A program made the translations under genes and the position numbers. A stretch of DNA of 64,000 nt, taken from positions 32,001 through 96,000 of the forward strand of contig JBNRMN010000020.1 in the NCBI GenBank assembly GCA_050309605.1, in the 5' to 3' direction. The stretch comes from Anaerohalosphaeraceae bacterium (GTDB lineage: Bacteria; Planctomycetota; Phycisphaerae; Sedimentisphaerales; Anaerohalosphaeraceae). The notes beneath the pieces were generated by a model. That model did no database searches, was not told the DNA's origin, and saw nothing but the letters and a program-made list of their open reading frames with translations. Shown here in pieces: positions 59,766 to 64,000 of the stretch. Position 1 is the first letter of the stretch, and each line of letters starts with the position of its first letter.

Positions 59766-62700
59766 CTACGGCAATACAGACTGAAACCGATAGCTTCCCG
59801 ATCCGACGTGCAGAATGACCGCATCGGGTTCTGTACCCGCCACGACAACGCCTTCGGCCTGCGAAAGAGGCCGGCCCGACTCGCGCACGGATTCGATGCG
59901 GCCGGTCGGCACGACCACCGTTGCGGTGGTATTGGCGGGAATCTCGATTTCCCATTCAAATACGCCGTCCGCCTTTTTCCAGTGCGACGCTATCGGCCCG
60001 CGAATGCTTTCGTAGCGAACATTCGCCCAGGTCAGCTTGCCGCCGGGCCGCGGATGCAGGACGATATGCTTGAAAGCCGGCCCGTCGGTCTGAATGCCGC
60101 CGATATTCTCAAACATCCACTGACCGACCGCACCGTAGGCATAGTGTGCAAACGAATTCATCCCCGGATCGGCAAATCCCTGATCCGGCGTCCAGCCGTT
60201 CCATCGCTCCCAGATGCTCGTCGCCCCATGCTTGATCGAAAAGCCCCACGATGGAAACGTATCATTATGCAGCAGCCGATAGGCCACGTCGTACCGTCCG
60301 ATCTTGCCCAGCACGTGCATCAAGTCCTTCGTCCCCAGAAAACCGGTGGACAGATGCCAGTTATTATCCCGTATCTTACGAATCAAATGCTCGGCGGCCT
60401 GCTGTTTGCGCTGTCCGTCCAGCACATCGTGAGCCAGCGCCAGGACATAGGCCGTCTGGCTGTCGCCCTTGATTTTGCCGTCCTCGGCGACATAGGCCTT
60501 GTTAAACGCCCCCTTAATTTGTTCAAACAGCGCGTCGTACTGTGCGGCGTCTTCGCTTCGCCCCAGGGCCTCGGCCGCTCGCGCCGTCAAATACGCACTG
60601 TAAGCGAAATACGAGGTGTAAATCACATCGTTGGGCGTATCGTCATTGATATTCAGCCAATCTCCGAAACAGTGAAATCGCGCCGGCGGCAGCAGCTTTG
60701 CCGTTGAACGATTTGTGCAGAACGCGATAAACCGCCTCATCCCCTCATAATGGGTCGCAAGCAACTGACGGTCGCCGTACATTTGATAAATCGTCCACGG
60801 ACAAATCACCCCCGCATCCGCCCAGCCCGGTCCGCCGTCTTCCTGGGCAGCCACCAACGGCGCGACCTTGGGGAACTGTCCGTCCGCCCGCTGCGCATCG
60901 GCCAGATCCACCAGCCACTTGGTAAAGAACGCCTGCACGTCTGTATTGTAACAAGCCGCGGCGACATACACCTGCGCATCGCCGGTCCAGCCGAGCCGTT
61001 CATCCCGCTGGGGGCAATCCGTCGGAACGTCGATAAAGTTGGACCGCTGCGTCTGGCAGATGTTATGATAAAGCTGATTGAGCATCGGATCGCTGCATGA
61101 AAACGAGCCAACCACCGGCGTTGCCGAGGTCAGTTCAATCGCCGTGACCGCATCCTTGCCCGGTACGCCCGGATAACCGGTCACTTCAACATACTGAAAT
61201 CCGTGAAATGTAAACCGCGGCTGCCAGACTTCAATCCCCTCGCCTTTGCAGATATAGGTATCCGTCGCGCGGGCTGCGCGAAGATTCTCCGTATAAACTG
61301 TACCATCGGGGTTCAGCCGCTCAGCGAACCGCAAGACAACTTGATCGCCCGCCTTGCCGCGGACTTTTAATCGCACTACCCCGGCCAGATTCGTACCCAT
61401 ATCAAATACATACGCTCCTTTGATCGGCTCGGTGATGCGCACCGGAGAGATCTCCTTAAAGACCTGCACGGTCACCCCCGGATAGGCCTGAATCCGCGGC
61501 GACACCGGCGCCCCCGTTGCCGCCGTCTTCCAATTCGAATCATCATAGCCCGGCCGATCCCAACCGTTCAACTCCTTTCGCGCGTCATAGGTTTCACCCA
61601 TCAGTAAATCCGCTTCCAGCGTCGGTCCTGTCGATGCCTTCCAGTGCGCATCACTGACGATGGTCTCGCTGCCGCCGTCGGCATATTCCAAATGCAGTTG
61701 GGCGGCCAGTCGAGGATCCGGCCCGTAGTGTTCTCGTTTGCGCCCCCAGCCAACATAGCCGGAGAACCACCCGTCGGCCAGCACGGCCCCGATGGCATTT
61801 TGCCCTTGCTCAATGGCCTCCGTTACATCATATTGCACATAATAAACCCGTTTATGATAATCCGTCCAGCCGGGCACGAAATAATCATTTCCGATTGTTT
61901 GGCCGTTAAGCCGCATCCGGGCGATTCCAAGTGCCGAAACCAGCATGACAGCTCGCCTTACGGGCCGGGTTGTCTCGAATGTTCGCCTTAGATAAACCGG
62001 CGCAGGCAAGGTCAAAGACGACAGCGAAATCCGCCCCCACGGTGCCGCTCCGTTATCTGCAAACGCCATCGCTGCGGACCAATCCGAATCGTCAAAAGCC
62101 GTATCCTGCCAGCCTTCCGCGGCCTGAACAGCACATTTCCACGAAGCGTCTATCGGGATGAGCTGACGTCGCCCGTCAGGGTATTCAATTACCGCGATGC
62201 CCATCAAGCCGGCCGGATTGGGGTGATCGCCTTCATTGCGCACCGCAATCGCAAACACATTTTGTCCGGATCTTAATGCCTCTTTCAAATCGAATGGAGC
62301 GGCATGCGAAAAACCAACCGTCCCGGGCAGCCGCGTTCCGTTGACATACACCCGTGCATTGTTATCCGCAGCGACATACAGCATGGCTTGTTTTGGCGAC
62401 TGAGCGCTGTCCACAACAAAGGTCTTGCGAAAATACCGCGTCTCAGCCGGCACCGCGCGTGTCGGATCCCCGTCACTCGGAATCCACACCCATCGGCAGT
62501 CCGCCAAGGCCTTCGTTACTTCCCGGTCGCCGATTGACAAATTGGCCGGCCGGTCGTCCATGCCGACCCATTGCGCGATCCATTCCTGTTCCGGCCTGAG
62601 CAGTCCCATCTGCCATTTGGCCGGCGCCGACCACTCGGAGGCAATACCGTCTCGGTCCCAAACCCGCACCGCCCAGTAGTACACCCCCAGCGATAACAGC

Positions 62701-63014
62701 GGCTTGCCGTCATACTCCACACCCATCGTCCGGTCGCTTTGCACCCTGCCCGAATCCCAGACCGTTCCGTGCCCGGCCTTCAGTGCCTCAAGCGAATCCG
62801 CCACACGCACCTGATAGGCGCTTTGCTTTTGTCCACGCTGCGAGGAGACAACCGTCCAGCTCAAACGCGGTGATGCCACATCAATTCCCAGCGGATCGAC
62901 CCGATGTTCACACCGCAAATAGTCCGCCCGCAATGGCGAGACACCCTTTGCCGAATCCGTCATGAACAATACACCGCATACCATCGCCGCATACCCGACT
63001 ATTCCCATTGCCAT
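59766..63014 (-). CDS. GH78 alpha-L-rhamnosidase
   Basis: PGWTDY, FTFHGFQY, PTDCPQRDERLGWTGD, GAT.IWERW and MNSFAHYAYG. Start set at ATG 63014 with a GAGGTG RBS. Confidence 0.92.
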   Translation of the reverse strand: MAMGIVGYAAMVCGVLFMTDSAKGVSPLRADYLRCEHRVDPLGIDVASPRLSWTVVSSQRGQKQSAYQVRVADSLEALKAGHGTVWDSGRVQSDRTMGVEYDGKPLLSLGVYYWAVRVWDRDGIASEWSAPAKWQMGLLRPEQEWIAQWVGMDDRPANLSIGDREVTKALADCRWVWIPSDGDPTRAVPAETRYFRKTFVVDSAQSPKQAMLYVAADNNARVYVNGTRLPGTVGFSHAAPFDLKEALRSGQNVFAIAVRNEGDHPNPAGLMGIAVIEYPDGRRQLIPIDASWKCAVQAAEGWQDTAFDDSDWSAAMAFADNGAAPWGRISLSSLTLPAPVYLRRTFETTRPVRRAVMLVSALGIARMRLNGQTIGNDYFVPGWTDYHKRVYYVQYDVTEAIEQGQNAIGAVLADGWFSGYVGWGRKREHYGPDPRLAAQLHLEYADGGSETIVSDAHWKASTGPTLEADLLMGETYDARKELNGWDRPGYDDSNWKTAATGAPVSPRIQAYPGVTVQVFKEISPVRITEPIKGAYVFDMGTNLAGVVRLKVRGKAGDQVVLRFAERLNPDGTVYTENLRAARATDTYICKGEGIEVWQPRFTFHGFQYVEVTGYPGVPGKDAVTAIELTSATPVVGSFSCSDPMLNQLYHNICQTQRSNFIDVPTDCPQRDERLGWTGDAQVYVAAACYNTDVQAFFTKWLVDLADAQRADGQFPKVAPLVAAQEDGGPGWADAGVICPWTIYQMYGDRQLLATHYEGMRRFIAFCTNRSTAKLLPPARFHCFGDWLNINDDTPNDVIYTSYFAYSAYLTARAAEALGRSEDAAQYDALFEQIKGAFNKAYVAEDGKIKGDSQTAYVLALAHDVLDGQRKQQAAEHLIRKIRDNNWHLSTGFLGTKDLMHVLGKIGRYDVAYRLLHNDTFPSWGFSIKHGATSIWERWNGWTPDQGFADPGMNSFAHYAYGAVGQWMFENIGGIQTDGPAFKHIVLHPRPGGKLTWANVRYESIRGPIASHWKKADGVFEWEIEIPANTTATVVVPTGRIESVRESGRPLSQAEGVVVAGTEPDAVILHVGSGSYRFQSVLP

Positions 63015-63069
63015 CGGACACCTCACATAACTGTTGTCATTACCATCAGAAAAAAAAGTTAAACCGTTC

Positions 63070-64000
63070 TCAGGACTGTCCAAGATAACCGCTGTAACCG
63101 GCCACCACCGCCGAGATCAGCAGCAGCGCCAATCCGCTGACCAGCAGTTGAACCGTCTTTCGACTGGTGCCTTTCCACTCGCCCAGCGCCACGCCCAGCA
63201 GTTGGCTGAACAAGATCTGACTGGCCATCAGCACCGCCCAGCCGATATACGACGTCTCGCCCATCTGCGGCTCGCCGGTCTTAAAACAAATAAACTGCGA
63301 ACACCAGATCGCCCCGGCCAGCGCCGCGAAAAACAGATTCGACACCAGCACCGGCCCTTCGGGACGGACATAATCGCCGGCGGTCTTGTTCTTGATGTTC
63401 AGCAGCACACACCAGACAAAATTAACCGTAAAACCCCCCAGCAGCACCATCACCAGCACCGGCATTCCCGCCCATGCCACCGACGAGGCCGGTGAAACAG
63501 TCAGCGCCAGCTCTTCAATACGGGGCCCGCCCTGCAGGCCAAAGCTCATCCCCGCGCTCATCAGCCCGGCAAACAGCACCGCGATAATACCCTTTTTGAA
63601 ATCAAACTCCGCGACGGCCTTTTTCTTTTCATCTTCGGATAATTCTTTTTCTTTGCTCATTCCGGCCATGCCGACCAGGACAATCCCCGCCACCGAAACC
63701 ACCGCCGCCAGCACCGACACCTGGCCGGACGGCGTGGTAAACATCGCCCGAATCGCCTCAGTACCCCTGAGCATCGGCGGAAACAGCGTCCCGGCCGCCG
63801 AGGTAATTCCGGCGCCCATCGCCAGCCCCAGTCCAAAGCCCAGATACCGAATCATCAGTCCCCACGTCAGACCGCCGAATCCCCAGGCCGCACCGCACAG
63901 ATACGTGTACCACAGCTCGCCGCGCGGCGCCGCACGCAGCACATCGAAGACATTGGGAGAAACGATCAGCGTCAACACCCACGGCACGATCAACAGGCCG
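63070..64000 (-). CDS. rhaT: L-rhamnose:H+ symporter (5' end outside the window)
   Basis: WGFGGLTWGL.IRYLG..LG, GMSKE, KKG and G..LGEWKG RhaT motifs; upstream of the GH78 gene. Confidence 0.88.
   Translation of the reverse strand, partial: GLLIVPWVLTLIVSPNVFDVLRAAPRGELWYTYLCGAAWGFGGLTWGLMIRYLGFGLGLAMGAGITSAAGTLFPPMLRGTEAIRAMFTTPSGQVSVLAAVVSVAGIVLVGMAGMSKEKELSEDEKKKAVAEFDFKKGIIAVLFAGLMSAGMSFGLQGGPRIEELALTVSPASSVAWAGMPVLVMVLLGGFTVNFVWCVLLNIKNKTAGDYVRPEGPVLVSNLFFAALAGAIWCSQFICFKTGEPQMGETSYIGWAVLMASQILFSQLLGVALGEWKGTSRKTVQLLVSGLALLLISAVVAGYSGYLGQS

Overview
A 64-kb, GC-rich bacterial chromosomal window with no prophage, CRISPR array, rRNA/tRNA gene or transposase. Gene content (PEP-CTERM proteins, a double-EF-hand dockerin-like motif, PheT without the B2 domain, Tat-exported Gfo/Idh/MocA proteins, DUF1080) suggests an anaerobic Planctomycetota, probably Phycisphaerae; this is inference. 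In order it carries: flgE (partial) and flgD under a sigma54 promoter with a divergent enhancer-binding activator; exbB/exbD; two PEP-CTERM genes, one frameshifted at a T-run; etfB-etfA-acyl-CoA dehydrogenase; an FGE-sulfatase-domain protein; clpB with a sigma54 promoter; a 6S RNA; pheT; a MacAB-TolC-type exporter; thermonuclease and lysC; rnd-xth, a large HPr-domain protein and tex; a Gld-like ABC operon; a ~4,300-aa secreted subtilase/beta-helix protein; aroA-DUF4914-rrf2; a 3-keto-glycoside-type sugar cluster; and a rhamnose locus. The best novelty candidate is the giant surface protease. It contains a collagen-flanked insert resembling phage tail proteins, PGRS-like glycine tracts and a dockerin-like module, and it has a structured 5' leader. 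Other candidates are the split-HPr protein, a possible invertible promoter and a leader terminator. All product calls come from motif recognition by eye; no searches were run.
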